Assembly (NCBI RefSeq): GCF_053078305.1
Contig: NZ_CP166879.1
Strand: one strand, 5' to 3'
Length of the DNA stretch: 64,000 bases
How positions within the stretch are numbered: the stretch's first letter is position 1; each line of letters begins with the position of its first letter. Positions 19,923 to 31,560 of the stretch are shown piece after piece. The notes below the pieces were generated by a model. The model worked only from the letters and a program-made list of their open reading frames with translations. It was not told where the DNA came from and searched no databases. The position numbers were made by a program, and so were the translations under genes.

Positions 19923-20070
19923 TATGCCGTCAGGGTGTGCTTCCTTACATATCACGCCCTCTTCCAGACGTCGCTGGTCGTCGCCCTCTGCGTCCCTTAC
20001 TTTCAGCCCCTCTGAGCATAATCGCCCCTCCAGAGGAGCCCATCACAACGACAATGCCAGCGGGTTAATT

Positions 20071-20643
20071 TTATCTGACCCGGCCTTCAGCCACATCCTT
20101 CACACGTTTAACTAATGGCTCAATAAATTTATCTTTCAGATGCCCCGGTGCCGGAGATGCATACGTTATATATATCCGACTTCCTTTGCCATTTTTTTCA
20201 AGTTCAAGCGTCAGATGATCATCAAACTCGCCACCATCCCAGTCACTGCCCATTTTATAATAACTACCGGGCATGGCATCCCACATATGCCCGTTCTGAC
20301 TTATTGCTGCTGCGGCCCACTTCCCGTTCGCATGTCCGTTATTACGAATCGCATCGACTTCTTCATTTGAATAAAACTTATAGTACCGTTTCAGTCTTCC
20401 CGCAGCTGTATCCACATCAACAGGGACTTCTATGACATGATCACGTTTCTCTCTTTTTGCCCGGGGTGCCTGAGACAGATATTTGAGATCATCATCTGCC
20501 TGGTTTACACCTACGTTCAGTACTTTTGTCACAGCAAATGCACCGTCACTTATCTGCCTGTTCAGCTCTGCAATTTCCTGTGCAGAACAGGCACTCAGCG
20601 CAACACACGAAGCACAAACGAGTAACATTTTTTTAGTCAGCAT
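20071..20643 (-). CDS. putative lipoprotein
   Basis: 190 aa; signal peptide with lipobox VALSAC. Confidence 0.5.
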   Translation of the reverse strand: MLTKKMLLVCASCVALSACSAQEIAELNRQISDGAFAVTKVLNVGVNQADDDLKYLSQAPRAKREKRDHVIEVPVDVDTAAGRLKRYYKFYSNEEVDAIRNNGHANGKWAAAAISQNGHMWDAMPGSYYKMGSDWDGGEFDDHLTLELEKNGKGSRIYITYASPAPGHLKDKFIEPLVKRVKDVAEGRVR

Positions 20644-21601
20644 GTCTTCATCCTCATCAGCAGCTCTTCAGTGGATAACATCCACAGTTACACCTGCATT
20701 TACGCGCAACAAAAACACCAGATGAAGATTTTATTCATTCAGCTCCGCTAAAAATTAATCTTGCTGTGGAATATCGGGAAAACAGGAAGTTACGTTAAAA
20801 GCCGAAGGAAAAACTCACAATCCCTTCTTCAATCAGCCTCTGAAAATCGGCTTTTCAGCATGTCTTCCCCCATTGTTCGTATACCCTGTTCGATGGATTA
20901 TTATTGATCCATATGATCGCTTCACGTAAACACGATTCTGGCTCCACACCATTCTGGACGCGATTGTTACCAAAAAAGACAACCATCACAAGACGTCACA
21001 GACGGTGCGTGCGCTTACTCCTGTATATCTGGCGCAACAGAATCTACCAGTGTAAACTCTCTATGCTTTTGCGCAGAAGCAGTGGGCCTGGGTTCGCTTA
21101 TGTCCTGCATCTACAAGCGAATGACTGACCAGAGACTCCCATATCTGGTCAGTCGCCCATTTTTATTTTCCCTATACACTCAGACTACAATAGCCGTAAC
21201 AAACAGCATACCCCCAGTCATAGTGGCCCCTTTATCTTCTTATGGCTTGTCTGTGGTACTGGAGATAGAGCAACTGTGGGAGTACTGTTATGGCCCCCGG
21301 TAAGAAAAACTCTTGCTTAATGTACAGCAGAACTGTTCCCAGAAAGAAGCCTGTGCATATTTTCATAGAAGGAGATCACCCATAACGGCGTTTTTCACGG
21401 TAATACACGCCAGGTAAAGAATGCTGGATTATCAATCAAAGCTCCGCACAGGAAGCGCTTATGCCGTAGAGCGCCCTCTGGAGAAAAGTGCTACTTCTTG
21501 TCGATTCAGACTAGTTCAGGAAATTATACGAAAATATTACCTGAATGAGCTAAATGTTATTTACCTTCCTTTCTGTTCATTGTAAATTTTTTCTTGCTAA
21601 C

Positions 21602-21620
21602 GCAAATCATTATCATTACG
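21602..21620. promoter_or_regulatory. Fur-box-like sequence upstream of TonB-dependent receptor
   Basis: GCAAATCATTATCATTACG contains AATCATTATC, matching half of the Fur consensus GATAATGATAATCATTATC; about 20 bp upstream of the ATG. Confidence 0.55.
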
Positions 21621-21640
21621 ATTTTAGAAAAGGGAAATTT

Positions 21641-23689
21641 ATGAAGAACAAATATATCATTGCTCCGGGCATTGCCGTGATATGTTCTGCAGTCATATCA
21701 TCAGGTTATGCCAGTTCTGATAAAAAAGAAGATACGCTTGTTGTTACTGCCTCCGGCTTCACTCAGCAACTCAGAAATGCACCGGCCAGTGTTTCAGTCA
21801 TTACTTCAGAGCAACTGCAAAAAAAACCGGTTTCAGACCTGGTCGATGCGGTAAAAGATGTTGAAGGGATTAGTATCACCGGTGGGAATGAAAAACCGGA
21901 TATCAGTATACGTGGGTTAAGTGGCGATTATACATTGATTCTGGTCGATGGACGACGTCAGAGTGGTCGGGAATCCAGACCAAACGGCAGCGGCGGTTTT
22001 GAAGCCGGATTTATCCCTCCTGTGGAAGCAATTGAGCGTATTGAAGTTATACGTGGCCCTATGTCTTCCCTGTATGGTTCCGATGCTATCGGAGGAGTTA
22101 TTAATATCATAACCAAACCTGTTAATAACCAGACATGGGATGGCGTACTTGGGCTTGGGGGAATTATTCAGGAACATGGGAAATTTGGTAACTCAACCAC
22201 GAATGACTTCTACCTGTCAGGCCCATTGGTTAAGGATAAACTTGGTCTTCAGTTATATGGAGGAATGAACTATCGCAAGGAAGATAGTATCTCTCAGGGA
22301 ACACCAGCAAAAGATAATAAGAATATAACGGCAACACTCCAGTTTACTCCGACTGAAAGCCAGAAGTTTGTTTTTGAATACGGAAAAAATAACCAGGAAC
22401 ATACATTAACACCTGGTGATTCTCTTGATGCCTGGACTATGCGGGGAAATCTTAAACAACCAAACAGTAAAAGAGAAACACATAACTCACGTAGTCACTG
22501 GGTAGCAGCATGGAATGCCCAGGGCGAAATACTGCATCCTGAAATTGCTGTTTATCAGGAGAAAGTTATTCGTGAGGTTAAATCTGGTAAAAAAGATAAA
22601 TATAATCATTGGGATCTTAATTACGAGTCAAGAAAACCGGAAATAACCAACACGATCATAGATGCAAAAGTGACGGCATTTCTGCCGGAAAATGTGCTGA
22701 CCATCGGAGGTCAATTTCAGCATGCAGAACTCCGTGATGACTCAGCCACAGGTAAAAAAACGACAGAAACACAGTCTGTTTCAGTTAAACAGAAAGCTGT
22801 TTTTATAGAAAATGAATATGCTGCAACGGATTCTCTCGCCCTGACTGGAGGGCTGCGCCTCGATAACCATGAAATCTATGGCAGTTACTGGAATCCAAGA
22901 TTGTATGCTGTTTATAACCTGACCGATAATCTCACTCTCAAAGGAGGGATCGCAAAAGCATTTCGGGCCCCTTCGATTCGTGAGGTCAGTCCTGGATTTG
23001 GAACACTGACGCAGGGTGGTGCCTCTATTATGTATGGAAACAGGGACCTGAAACCGGAGACCAGTGTAACCGAAGAGATCGGTATTATTTATAATAATGA
23101 CAGTGGTTTTTCAGCAAGCGCGACTCTGTTTAATACAGATTTTAAAAATAAGCTGACCAGTTACGATATAGGCACAAAAGATCCAGTCACTGGGCTAAAC
23201 ACTTTTATTTATGATAATGTGGGTGAGGCAAATATCAGAGGTGTGGAGCTTGCAACTCAGATTCCTGTGTATGATAAATGGCGTGTATCTGCAAACTATA
23301 CATTCACTGACTCCCGTCGAGAAAGCGATGACGAAAGTCTCAATGGCAAGTCGCTGAAAGGGGAACCTCTGGAAAGAACTCCCAGACATGCAGCCAATGC
23401 AAAACTGGAATGGGATTACACTCAGGATATTACATTTTATTCATCTCTGAATTATACAGGAAAACAAATCTGGGCAGCACAAAGAAATGGTGCCAAGGTT
23501 CCCCGTGTTCGTAATGGATTCACTTCTATGGATATTGGTATGAATTACCAGTTCCTGCCAGGCACGCTGATTAATTTTGCCGTACTTAACGTCACAGACA
23601 GAAAGAGCGAAGATATCGATACCATTGATGGTAACTGGCAGGTCGATGAAGGACGTCGTTACTGGGCTAATGTAAGAATATCCTTCTGA
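21641..23689 (+). CDS. ireA: TonB-dependent outer-membrane siderophore receptor (IreA-like)
   Basis: 682 aa from ATG 21641; signal peptide, TonB-box-like DTLVVTA, plug motif IEVIRGPMSSLYGSDAIGGVINIITK, terminal aromatic ...RISF; size and sequence match my recollection of IreA (Iha not excluded). Confidence 0.75.
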   Translation: MKNKYIIAPGIAVICSAVISSGYASSDKKEDTLVVTASGFTQQLRNAPASVSVITSEQLQKKPVSDLVDAVKDVEGISITGGNEKPDISIRGLSGDYTLILVDGRRQSGRESRPNGSGGFEAGFIPPVEAIERIEVIRGPMSSLYGSDAIGGVINIITKPVNNQTWDGVLGLGGIIQEHGKFGNSTTNDFYLSGPLVKDKLGLQLYGGMNYRKEDSISQGTPAKDNKNITATLQFTPTESQKFVFEYGKNNQEHTLTPGDSLDAWTMRGNLKQPNSKRETHNSRSHWVAAWNAQGEILHPEIAVYQEKVIREVKSGKKDKYNHWDLNYESRKPEITNTIIDAKVTAFLPENVLTIGGQFQHAELRDDSATGKKTTETQSVSVKQKAVFIENEYAATDSLALTGGLRLDNHEIYGSYWNPRLYAVYNLTDNLTLKGGIAKAFRAPSIREVSPGFGTLTQGGASIMYGNRDLKPETSVTEEIGIIYNNDSGFSASATLFNTDFKNKLTSYDIGTKDPVTGLNTFIYDNVGEANIRGVELATQIPVYDKWRVSANYTFTDSRRESDDESLNGKSLKGEPLERTPRHAANAKLEWDYTQDITFYSSLNYTGKQIWAAQRNGAKVPRVRNGFTSMDIGMNYQFLPGTLINFAVLNVTDRKSEDIDTIDGNWQVDEGRRYWANVRISF

Positions 23690-24362
23690 GAGAATATAGA
23701 TAACCTGAGGCCGTGCGCCTCAGGTACCAGTATAGTAATCAGTAACGTCAGCTTCCAGGTTGTAATGCTTTTAATTTTGATAAAAATAAACTTAATAAAT
23801 TACATTTGTTAAATATTGATAATTTTAATTTGGTTTTATTACTCCAGTTATACTCACACTCTATCTTTACACAATTCATCACCATTACACCTCCATAGCC
23901 TGTTGATTTAAAAGATTTAATTTCCTGTGAAACAATCAGGCCTGTATGAACCTGATTATACCACAGAATCTTTTAAGTTATTTAAATTTAACTCTCGGGC
24001 TTTTCTGTCAGTAAAATCAGAAAAATTGCAGGATTTCGTTTTTTTTGCTGCGAAGTGAAATGTATCTCATTTTTACTGCCTTCGCCAGTGCGTCAGGCAA
24101 TGGCAGGTAGTGTACCTGCATTCTGCTGTAACGCGTAATGTCGGGTAGTTTACTTAAACTTAATATGTTTTATGTTTGCATTATTATAAATCACTTTATT
24201 GCCTTTTGTCTGCTTTTTAATGGTTCCCGTTTTGTTCACTTCTGGCTTTATAAAAAATGGATGCTGAAGAAATGAAGGTAGTCCACCTTACATAATATTC
24301 ATGCATGATTTTTATGCTATTCCGACTGAGTGGAAGAAAATAAAGGAGAAAAGAGGGTATAT

Positions 24363-27300
24363 ATGAACCTCAGAAAAAAACATATCTGTATAGCCATATC
24401 ACTTGTTCTTAATCCGGCATCCATATCACAGGTCAGTGCTCAGGCAGATACAAATAAGTTAACTGTTGAAGTTGATGAAACCAGCCTTGGCCATGATGTC
24501 TATGGCGATGACTGGAAGAGCATTGAAATAGGTACAACGAAATTTACAGCAAAAGATGAATCAAAGGGAATTAATTTCGACCATAAATCACCGGTGGCTG
24601 AAGGACGTAACTCTATCGCGATTGGTACCAGTGCAGAGGCTGGAGGTGACATTAGCACGAAGGAAGGTTTGTACACAGGCGAGTCTATTGCGATAGGAGC
24701 GAAAACGAAAGCAACTAAAGAACAGTCAATTGCAATAGGTGGCGATACCAAAGCTACCGGATGGGGGGCTATTGTTATTGGTGGGGATGATTTAACTCCT
24801 TTGCATGGTAAGACTTATGGTCGGGAAAAAATAGAGAATGGCTATCTTGCATCGGAAGCGCAGGGGGATGGCAGTATTGCGCTGGGCAGCAGAACTTTTG
24901 CTAAAGGCGAATTGTCAGTATCGCTTGGTTCGGTGAGTTCTGCTGAGGGGATGGCCTCGAATGCAATTGGAGCCACGGCGGAAGCTAAAGGGGATATGGC
25001 GACTGCGGTTGGTTTTAATGCGCTGGCTAATGCCGGTAATGCTCTGGCCGTTGGTAGTCAGTCCTCTGCAAATAAAAACGATGCTCTTGCTGTTGGTTCA
25101 GAGGCAAATGCCGCTCAGAATGAAACGGTTGCCCTGGGGCATGGAGCAACCGTTACTGTCGCAAAGGGGAACGTGTCCATCGGCGCTGACTCCAGGGATA
25201 AGCAGGCACAAAAAGTAACAGAGGCTAAGGTCAGAACTAAAAGAGGCGCGGAAGTCACATATAGTGGCTTTGCCGGAAATAACGCAGCATCAGTAGTATC
25301 TGTTGGTGATGCGGGTAAAGAGCGTCAGATTGTTAACGTGGGGGCGGGTGCGATTTCTGACACAAGTACAGATGCCATTAACGGTAGTCAGTTATATGCG
25401 ATAGCGAAGACACTGAAAGATGACCTTGATGCCATTAATCCGACGTGGACGCTAAAGGATGATAAGGGAGGTTCTGCGACTATTAATGGTGGGAAGGATA
25501 ATAAGAATGGTAACACTTTAACTGTTAAAGGTGATGGAGATATTGCAGTTACTGTTAATGATAAAGGAATGACGATTGACGGAACAACGCTGAAAAATGA
25601 AATAAAAAATGATGCCATCAAAATTAAAGGTGGAGATGGTAAGACGCTGACGAAGAGTCTTGGTGACAATGTCGAAATCACTGGCAAAGGCCCAATAAAA
25701 ACCCAGGTGGCTGGAGATAAACTGGAGATTTCAGCAGAGACAGCTTCGTTGCCTGTAAATGGTGGTAACGGGAAGATTACAGTAAACAATGGTGATGGCG
25801 ATAAACTTGTTACTGCGAAAAACATTGCTGATGCCATAAACCAGTCTGGCTGGAAAATTAAAGCGGATAAAGATACCGGTGGTGTTATCGAGGGAAATGG
25901 TCAGGGAACAGAAACACTGATAAAACCCGGTGATATGGTTACGCTGAAAGCCGGTAAAAATCTCAGCGTGAAACAAAGTGGTGGTGATTTTACATTCTCT
26001 GTTATTGATACTCCGTCATTCAGCAGTGTTCAGCTGAATGGAAAAGGAAATAACGGAAGTGTAACGCTCTCATCCGAAGGTAATAAGCTGACATTGTCAG
26101 GCGGTAATGGTGCCGGACAAAATGGTGTTGTTATCAGTGGTGTGGCAAGTGGACTGGAAGGTAAGGAACTTTCGACGTTAACGAATACTGATAAAGAGAT
26201 GAAAAATGCCGCCAGTGTTGCAGACCTGAAAACGGCAATTGATGGTGTGTCCTCCAGTATGCAGGGTGCAGGTTTCGCACTGAAAGACTCTGATGATAAG
26301 GAAGTGAAACAGTCTCTTGGGCAGGCGATTAAAGTATCCGGGGACAGCAATATCACCACCACAGCCATCACCAATGGGGATAAGGGGTTAAAAATATCCC
26401 TGAATAATGACCTGAGCGTTGGGAGCAATAATACTCCCGGCAGCATCAAAGTTAACGGGGCTGATGGTAAGGAGGCTGTGAGTCTGAATGGTCAGGATGG
26501 CACGATTAAACTGACATCCTCGCCTGCTGCGGGTGGAAAGTCTGCGTCAGCAACCATTGCTGTTAATGCAGGCAAAGGTGGATTAACAGATGCTGCCGGT
26601 ACCACGAAGACACGTCTGACTTATACCCCGGATGGAAAATCACCGGCAGAAGAGCTGGCGACCATGAATGACGGTCTTTCTTTTGAGGGTGATGACGGAA
26701 AGGTTATTCATAAAAAACTGAATGAAAAACTGACCATCAAAGGTGGTGCAGAGAAGAATGCTGAAGTGACTGACGGCAATATCCGGGTTGATAATGATAA
26801 TGGCGGGCTTCTGGTGAGGATGACCAGAAACCTCCGTGATTTGGCCAGCGCGGTTTTTGGTACAGGTGGGCAGATAACAACAGTTAATGATAAAGGCATC
26901 ACAATCACAACACCTGCTGCGGGCGGTGGTCAGGGGAATACGGTTTCCCTTACCGGCTCCGGCCTGAATAACGGTGGAAATCAGATAACCAGTGTGGCCA
27001 GTGGTCTGAACGGCACTGCGCTTGCTGACGCCGGTGGAGATGTTCTGAATAATGCGGCCAATATCGGTGACCTGAAAAATGCTCTCCGTGACAGCAGTGC
27101 GGCACTGGTGAATACCGGCTTTGGTCTGCAGGCGGATGACGGAAGCAAGGTGAACACGTCTCTCGGGAAGCATATCACGGTTGGTGGTGACGGGCAGAAT
27201 ATCAGCACGACTGTTCAGAACGGGAGCCTGACGGTCAGACTCGCTGATAACATTCGCCTGGGAGATGACGGCAGTGTTTCTGTCGGCGGAACCCGGATGG

Positions 27301-28694
27301 ATAAAAACGGACTGACCATCAAGGATGGCCCGTCAGTGACTGTGAACGGTATTGATGCGGCTGGCCGGGTTATTTCCGGCGTGAAAGACGGGGTGAATGA
27401 CCAGGACGCCGTTAACGTTTCACAACTGAACCGTGAAATCAGTCAGGCAACGGCAGCAACGACCTGGGCACTGAAGACTGAATCCGGTGATGAGGCTGTT
27501 GCTGTTTCCTCCCAGACGGTTGAAGTCCGTCACGGACAGAATACCCGGGTTTCAGCCATCAGTAAGGATGATAAGGGAAATTACAGCTATGAGATTGATG
27601 TGACGGGGATTCCGGTGGAGTACACCGACAGCCAGGGGAACCCGCTTGTCAATATTGGTGGTCGTTTTTACACACAGACCGAAGATGCTGCGACCGGGAA
27701 ACTGACAATGACGCCGGCTGAGCCGGCCCGTGTCAGAATAAGCAGTGAGCAGCCTCTTGTTCTGACAAATGTGGCGGCCGGAAATGTGTCACCGGTATCC
27801 ACGGATGCGGTTAACGGGAGCCAGCTGGCATCTGCAGCCAGAATTGCTGGCGGTGATAATGTTGTCTGGAAAGACGGAAAAGCAGCGCTGGCTCCTGACA
27901 CCTTCAGTGAGCTGACAACTGCAGGTGGCGGTAAGACAACGGTGAATGGTGGTGTACATAAAACACCGGATAATGTGGCTGATGCAGTGAATATGCTGAA
28001 CCGTGAAGGCACGAAGTATTTTAAAGCTGCCTCTTCCGGTCAGGCAGCAAAAGCGGAAGGGCGTGACAGTATTGCTGTCGGACAGGGGGCCGTTTCCCGG
28101 GGACAAAACAGCATTGCCATGGGTAATGGTGCTGAAGTCACGCGTCAGGCTGCTGCCGGCTCTGTTGCAGTTGGCAGCCATGCCCGTGCTGGCCGCGCGA
28201 ATACCGGGACTTATGCCCTGAACGGTCAGGCTGTTGCGGGACGTACCGGAAGTGATACTGCGGTGGTTTCTTTTGGTCAGCCGGGACAGGAGCGTCAGCT
28301 GCAGTCAGTGGCACCGGGTGTGTTGTCTGCGAATTCAACGGATGCCGTCAATGGCAGTCAGTTGCATGCAACTAACCGTCAGGTTGCCGGAAATACACAG
28401 GCGATAAACACCCTCGGGAATAAATTCAGTCAGCTGAGCTACCGGGTGGAAGAGCTTAACCGGGATATCCGTGGTGTTGGTGCATCGGCTGCGGCCATGA
28501 GCGGGATACCTCAGGCCTATCTGCCGGGTAAAAGTCTGATGGGGCTGGGTGTCGGTGGATATGGTGGTGAAAGCGCCATTGCAATAGGGGTGTCCCGAAT
28601 CTCCGATAACGGTAAGATGATAATGAAACTGAATGCAGGTCAGAACACCCGGGGTAATTTCTCCGTCGGTGCCGGTGTGGGCTGGCAGTGGTAA
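24363..28694 (+). CDS. trimeric autotransporter adhesin (YadA-like anchor)
   Basis: 1443 aa from ATG 24363 (ORF opens at 24330); signal peptide; recurrent neck motifs DAVNGSQL / AINGSQLYA; YadA-type C-terminal anchor ending GVGWQW. Confidence 0.85.
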   Translation: MNLRKKHICIAISLVLNPASISQVSAQADTNKLTVEVDETSLGHDVYGDDWKSIEIGTTKFTAKDESKGINFDHKSPVAEGRNSIAIGTSAEAGGDISTKEGLYTGESIAIGAKTKATKEQSIAIGGDTKATGWGAIVIGGDDLTPLHGKTYGREKIENGYLASEAQGDGSIALGSRTFAKGELSVSLGSVSSAEGMASNAIGATAEAKGDMATAVGFNALANAGNALAVGSQSSANKNDALAVGSEANAAQNETVALGHGATVTVAKGNVSIGADSRDKQAQKVTEAKVRTKRGAEVTYSGFAGNNAASVVSVGDAGKERQIVNVGAGAISDTSTDAINGSQLYAIAKTLKDDLDAINPTWTLKDDKGGSATINGGKDNKNGNTLTVKGDGDIAVTVNDKGMTIDGTTLKNEIKNDAIKIKGGDGKTLTKSLGDNVEITGKGPIKTQVAGDKLEISAETASLPVNGGNGKITVNNGDGDKLVTAKNIADAINQSGWKIKADKDTGGVIEGNGQGTETLIKPGDMVTLKAGKNLSVKQSGGDFTFSVIDTPSFSSVQLNGKGNNGSVTLSSEGNKLTLSGGNGAGQNGVVISGVASGLEGKELSTLTNTDKEMKNAASVADLKTAIDGVSSSMQGAGFALKDSDDKEVKQSLGQAIKVSGDSNITTTAITNGDKGLKISLNNDLSVGSNNTPGSIKVNGADGKEAVSLNGQDGTIKLTSSPAAGGKSASATIAVNAGKGGLTDAAGTTKTRLTYTPDGKSPAEELATMNDGLSFEGDDGKVIHKKLNEKLTIKGGAEKNAEVTDGNIRVDNDNGGLLVRMTRNLRDLASAVFGTGGQITTVNDKGITITTPAAGGGQGNTVSLTGSGLNNGGNQITSVASGLNGTALADAGGDVLNNAANIGDLKNALRDSSAALVNTGFGLQADDGSKVNTSLGKHITVGGDGQNISTTVQNGSLTVRLADNIRLGDDGSVSVGGTRMDKNGLTIKDGPSVTVNGIDAAGRVISGVKDGVNDQDAVNVSQLNREISQATAATTWALKTESGDEAVAVSSQTVEVRHGQNTRVSAISKDDKGNYSYEIDVTGIPVEYTDSQGNPLVNIGGRFYTQTEDAATGKLTMTPAEPARVRISSEQPLVLTNVAAGNVSPVSTDAVNGSQLASAARIAGGDNVVWKDGKAALAPDTFSELTTAGGGKTTVNGGVHKTPDNVADAVNMLNREGTKYFKAASSGQAAKAEGRDSIAVGQGAVSRGQNSIAMGNGAEVTRQAAAGSVAVGSHARAGRANTGTYALNGQAVAGRTGSDTAVVSFGQPGQERQLQSVAPGVLSANSTDAVNGSQLHATNRQVAGNTQAINTLGNKFSQLSYRVEELNRDIRGVGASAAAMSGIPQAYLPGKSLMGLGVGGYGGESAIAIGVSRISDNGKMIMKLNAGQNTRGNFSVGAGVGWQW

Positions 28695-28718
28695 CAGGGA
28701 AAAGCAAGGAGAAATGTA

Positions 28719-29498
28719 ATGTTATTTAGTCGAATGATGATGACGGGTGTGCTGTCCCTGATGCTTGCAGGATGTGGAAATCTGAGTCATGTCACGGATG
28801 AAGGAACGACGGAAGAAGTGGTATGGCCTTCTCCGGAGAAGGTGATGTTTAATCATGACGGAACACAGAAAGGTTCGTGGCCACTGCCAGAAAAGTTACG
28901 TCAGATAAAGGCGGGTATGAATAAGGACCAGATTTATCAGCTGGCGGGGAGACCACACTTTGCTGAAGGGATGTCTGGTGTAAGGGAATGGGATTACCTG
29001 TTCAACTTTACCGGACCGGAGGGGGATTATACCTGCCAGTACAAGATACTGTTTGACCGGAACATGGATGCCCGCTCTTTCTACTGGAAGCCGGAAAACT
29101 GTCTGCCGGAGGCAGAGACAGCAGAATACAGGGAGTCAGTCCCCGGTGATATATTATTTGATTTTGATTCATGGACTCTGACAGAGAGGGGGCGTGATGC
29201 GCTTTCCCGTGTGGCAGAGAAGTTTCAGGCGGGTCATGTTGTCGGGGTGAAGATAGAAGGATTTACGGACCATCTTGGCGGGCAGGCGTATAACCGGCTC
29301 CTGTCAGAGAAACGGGCGGAATCAGTCAGGGGGTGGTTTATTGCCCGGGGATTCAGGGCTGAAAGGATACATGCAACGGGCCGTGGATATGATGCACCAG
29401 TGGTGTTCTGCCCGGATGTGGAGGGCGAAGCACTGAAGGAATGTCTGCGCCCCAACCGCAGGGTTGAAATAACCGGGGAAACATCAGTGACTGATTAA
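28719..29498 (+). CDS. OmpA-domain lipoprotein, TpgA-like partner of the adhesin
   Basis: 259 aa; lipobox LAGCG; C-terminal OmpA-like peptidoglycan-binding region (GFTDHLG ... NRRVEI); AGGAG RBS, 24 nt after the adhesin stop. Confidence 0.7.
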   Translation: MLFSRMMMTGVLSLMLAGCGNLSHVTDEGTTEEVVWPSPEKVMFNHDGTQKGSWPLPEKLRQIKAGMNKDQIYQLAGRPHFAEGMSGVREWDYLFNFTGPEGDYTCQYKILFDRNMDARSFYWKPENCLPEAETAEYRESVPGDILFDFDSWTLTERGRDALSRVAEKFQAGHVVGVKIEGFTDHLGGQAYNRLLSEKRAESVRGWFIARGFRAERIHATGRGYDAPVVFCPDVEGEALKECLRPNRRVEITGETSVTD

Positions 29499-29612
29499 CA
29501 ATAAAGTGCCCCGGGAACTAATGCCAGTCAGTTCAGCAACTGACTGGCTCTTTTTCGGGGCTGTGGGGTATTTCCAGGGAGCCTGTTTAGGAATCTGTGT
29601 AAATGCCTTTTC

Positions 29613-30134
29613 TCAGAAGTGACCGTCCAGGCGGTCACCGAACTCGATAATAAAGCGGCTCATTGCCATTCGCCGGTTTTGCCATTCTACAACCTGCTCC
29701 ATCACGGCATCGGTGACCTTTGATATCAGTGCCGGTGAAACATCTGCGTCATACAGCTCTTTGAACGCAGCAGCGATCTCACGGGTGGTCATCCCTTTGG
29801 CATACAACGAGAAGATCTGGTTATCCATCCCAGTAATACGGGTCTGATTTTTCTTTACCAGTTGTGGTTCGAAGGTACCGTCACGATCGCGCGGAGTACG
29901 CAGTTCCAGTGGACCGTCGCCTGTGATAACGGTCTTTGTGGAATAACCGTTGCGGGAGTTAGTTCCCGGTTTGGACTGATTTTTCTCATACCCAAGATGG
30001 TGTGTCATCTCTGCATTGAGAGCGGCTTCAACGCTGATCTTTTTCAGTAGACGGTCAAACTGGCTGAGGTCTTCAGGGGTTTTGAGGTTTTTGGCCAGTT
30101 CGTTAGCCAGAGCCTGTAACTGTTTTTCGTCCAT
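29613..30134 (-). pseudogene. IS256-family transposase, 5' fragment
   Basis: 173 aa (MDEKQLQALANELAKNLKT...EWQNR) matches the N-terminal third of IS256-family transposases, then diverges and stops. Confidence 0.7.
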
Positions 30135-31560
30135 AAATTAACCTTCATTTGATGCTTGATTGAACATATCAAAATCAGGCAATTACACAAATCTATGTAC
30201 AGGCTCTTTCCAAGGCCTCTCCTTTACCACTCTCGGGAAGCCCCTTTCCCTTCTTGTCGGTAATTTCACAAGTTGTCCCATACTTGCAAGATCGCGCATC
30301 AGCCCCGGTATACGTCCCGGTGAAGCGCCCTGCAATGTCATCACCATTCCGCATGATTCTGAGAAACTCAGTTGATTCGGCCAGTAACCTTTCAGATGTT
30401 CCGCCATTTTAATCATCTGACATCTTACCAGATTATAAGCCAGTAAGACACCCCACAGCTCTTGCTCCACAAGCTCCGGCTTTTTACAGCGTCAGCCTGC
30501 TCAGTTGCATCGTCTGTTTTATCTCCCTGTATCCCAGTTCAATTTCCCGGCGATGACTGTACAGATCCGCCATTTCTCCCCCGGGGAAGCGCATGGCGTC
30601 CGTCATCGACGTCAGCAGATGGCAGACTTCTCCTTTGCGCGTCACGGTCAGCAGGCGGGCTGTCACCTCATTTCCCAGTCCCGGCCACTTTTTTCGTGCC
30701 TGCGGGCTGGTTTTCAGCTTCACCAGATGATCGCCTTTACCCAGTTTTCTGATCTCTTCATATTGCGCTCCCTTTCTGAGAGGGATCATCCAGTGGCGGT
30801 GTTCTCCCACCAGGCTCCAGGCATTTAACAGTCCCAGTGAGTAATAACCTTTATCCATTAACGTCAGGGTGTTATCGCCGGTTTGTTCTATAAGTTGCTC
30901 AGCAAGCTCATTTTCGCTGTTCTTCATCGTGCCGAAGGCTCAGCCGTAAGCAGATGGCTGGTCAGTTCCATCTGGCAGACTATTTTGACCTGCGGGTAGA
31001 GCGCCGGGTTGCCGGCATGTATCTGGCGGGGGAAGGCTGCATCGTTCTCTGGTGTATCCGGTGTGCGCCAGAACATACCATCGATGGCCAGCAGGGTCAG
31101 GCCGCATCAGTGCGGATGCGGCGTGGCGTTATGCCAGAGCTGCGCTGTTTTCGTGAACACGCGGCGGACAGCCTCACTTCCCAGGTGCTGGCGGGCCTGA
31201 ATAACGGCACTGGGGGCAACGAAGGGGCGATTGCCGGCAGCATGATGTCCAGGCGATTCACAATCTGGTGAAGGGGCTCTTTACGCTCAAGCGCCATGCC
31301 AACAATACACCAGACCATCATTTCGAGGGGAAGACGGCGCTTGCGTAGCGTTACCGTACCTGATTCGGCAAGGCAACGAGAGATGAGTTCGGGGTCGAGG
31401 TAATCCCCCAGAGAAGCCAGTGGGTTACGCAGAGAATCGTAACGGGATACCAGATCAAGGGCCTGTCCAGTGTGCATAAAAAATCCGGAAACGAGTGAGC
31501 GTTTCCGGATTCTTACACAACCACTGGATCGGTCAACTGATCCTTAACCGATCGGCATTA
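30135..31560 (-). mobile_element. IS4 remnant (disrupted transposase; one terminal inverted repeat present)
   Basis: ORFs 31097..31477, 30484..30927 and 30183..30470 together match IS4 InsG in three frames; IS4-type terminal repeat ...CCGATCGGCATTA ends at 31560; the other end is not recognisable. Confidence 0.7.

Noticed and set aside
24500-28707. Multiple minus-strand and alternative-frame ORFs overlapping the adhesin gene
   Set aside because: Shadow ORFs typical of a long, compositionally biased gene; the plus-strand frame has the signal peptide, neck motifs and YadA anchor.
31097-31560. REP-like GCGGATGCGGCG motif near 31110-31130 considered as a REP element
   Set aside because: It lies within the disrupted IS4 transposase region and is more simply explained as part of the decayed IS sequence.
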